Positions 63,130-64,000 of a stretch of DNA of 64,000 nt are shown in pieces. A model generated the notes under the pieces. The model worked only from the letters and a program-made list of their open reading frames with translations. It was not told where the DNA came from and did no database searches. Made by a program: the position numbers and the translations under genes. Numbering within the stretch: the stretch's first letter is position 1; each line of letters opens with the position of its first letter. The stretch comes from Ktedonobacteraceae bacterium. GTDB taxonomy: Bacteria > Chloroflexota > Ktedonobacteria > Ktedonobacterales > Ktedonobacteraceae. The stretch spans positions 23,624-87,623 of the forward strand of contig DASRHT010000056.1 of the NCBI GenBank assembly GCA_035650355.1, in the 5' to 3' direction.

Positions 63130-64000
63130 ATCATCGCATGTTTCAATCGCCGCCCCATGTGTGCGTGATTGGGGGCGATGATGCCGCACCGGAGGCCATG
63201 CGCCCCACGGTGGCGCTCTTGCGCGAACTGGTGCCTGCTATTCGCTTTGTGGAGACGCCAGGCGGGCGCGAGGCGCAGGAGCGTTACGGCGAACCGTTTC
63301 CGGCAGAGGTACAGGCCGCCATCGATGCCGCCGATTGCACCCTCTTTGGCGCGACGGGAGGACCGAGCAGGCCGATTTTGTGGTATCTGCGCTGGAACAA
63401 GGAGACCTATATCAACGTGCGGCCCGTGCGCTGGTCGCCTGGGTACCGCAGCCCGATGGCGCATCCAGAGCGCATCGATTATGTCATCGCCCGCGACAAC
63501 CTGGAGGGCATGTACCCGCCGCGCGAGGGCGATATTGTGGAACTGGCGAGCCTTGCCAGCAGCGCGACGTGGTGGCAGGCTCCTCCCGTTGACAAGGCGG
63601 GAACGTATGCTTTACGCGTTGTGACCGATGAGCAGATGCAGCGCCTGGCTCAGGCTGCCTGCGAACTGGCATTGCAGCGCCAGGCCGAAGGCTATCCCGG
63701 TCGCGTCACTCTCGGCGCGAAGTACTCGATCATGCCGCGTACCGATGGGCGTTTTCGCACGCTGGTGCGGGATACCGTCAGCCAGTACCCCAGCTTGAGC
63801 TATCAGGAATATCTCATTGACGATCTGGGCCGTCGCATGGTTGCTGCGCCGGAGACGCTCGATGTTGTCGTGCTTTCCAACGAGCATGGCGACATCCTGG
63901 CAGACGTTGCCAGCGGCACCATCGGCGGCCTCGGCCTCTGCCCAAGCGCCTGCTATGGCGAGGATTACGCGTATTTCGAGCCGGTGCATGGTTCCGCGCC
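63126..64000 (+). CDS. hicdh: homoisocitrate/isopropylmalate dehydrogenase family protein (3' end beyond window)
   Basis: ATG 63126 overlaps the hacB stop (ATGA). The frame is open to the window end and so is not in the ORF track. Sequence VCVIGGDDAAPE..., ARDNLEGMY, NEHGDILADVASG and FEPVHGSA. Confidence 0.8.
   Translation, partial: MNHRMFQSPPHVCVIGGDDAAPEAMRPTVALLRELVPAIRFVETPGGREAQERYGEPFPAEVQAAIDAADCTLFGATGGPSRPILWYLRWNKETYINVRPVRWSPGYRSPMAHPERIDYVIARDNLEGMYPPREGDIVELASLASSATWWQAPPVDKAGTYALRVVTDEQMQRLAQAACELALQRQAEGYPGRVTLGAKYSIMPRTDGRFRTLVRDTVSQYPSLSYQEYLIDDLGRRMVAAPETLDVVVLSNEHGDILADVASGTIGGLGLCPSACYGEDYAYFEPVHGSA

Noticed and set aside
61375-63189. 604-aa minus-strand ORF, the longest ORF in this part of the track
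   Set aside because: It lies exactly antisense to the well-supported hacA and hacB genes. Its Arg/Ala/His/Gly-rich composition has no motifs. This is a typical shadow ORF in GC-rich coding DNA.

Overview
This 64-kb window is a chromosomal segment of a moderately high-GC bacterium that is very rich in palindromic repeats. The LysW-type alpha-aminoadipate lysine pathway, the many DinB/SnoaL/LLM paralogs, the Ser/Thr kinases and the GTAGGGGCAGGGC-type palindromes that translate as GAGLAPA suggest Chloroflexota, possibly Ktedonobacteria-like. That placement is inference only, since no search was possible. I call about 58 protein genes, no rRNA or tRNA genes, and no CRISPR array.

Main blocks:
- 1-17.7 kb: assorted metabolic and stress genes, a vWA + atypical kinase pair, an MFS transporter, arsenosugar-type ArsS genes and an amidase.
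- 18.3-24.9 kb: a peptide-secretion island. It holds two small precursors with paralogous double-glycine (GA) leaders, a short HlyD-like protein, a C39-peptidase ABC exporter, a convergent ECF sigma/anti-sigma pair and a secreted protein.
- 25-34 kb: ilvC-panB-panC, a P450 and other genes.
- 35-39 kb: TetR + RND efflux.
- 40-52 kb: SIS protein, M29 aminopeptidase, Ser/Thr kinase, NiCoT transporter, ABC-F, PQQ-like propeller, esterase.
- 53-64 kb: two tandem Lys-specifier T-box leaders, then lysW-lysX-lysY-lysZ, a lysJ-lysK fusion, homocitrate synthase, homoaconitase large and small subunits, and homoisocitrate dehydrogenase (partial).

Most interesting observations:
- One exported precursor has a 75-aa core that is about 79% His+Asn, paired with an Arg-rich cationic precursor.
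- Tandem lysine T-boxes sit in front of a LysW-pathway operon.
- Palindromic repeats appear to reshape coding sequence. There are in-frame insertions in lysX, probably in lysK, and in a SnoaL-like gene. A repeat-built linker fuses lysJ to lysK. The repeat-internal TAG serves as the stop codon of at least five genes.
- A 488-bp MITE-like element with 41-bp perfect terminal inverted repeats lies inside the lys operon.

All family assignments come from motif recognition by eye and need HMM/BLAST confirmation.
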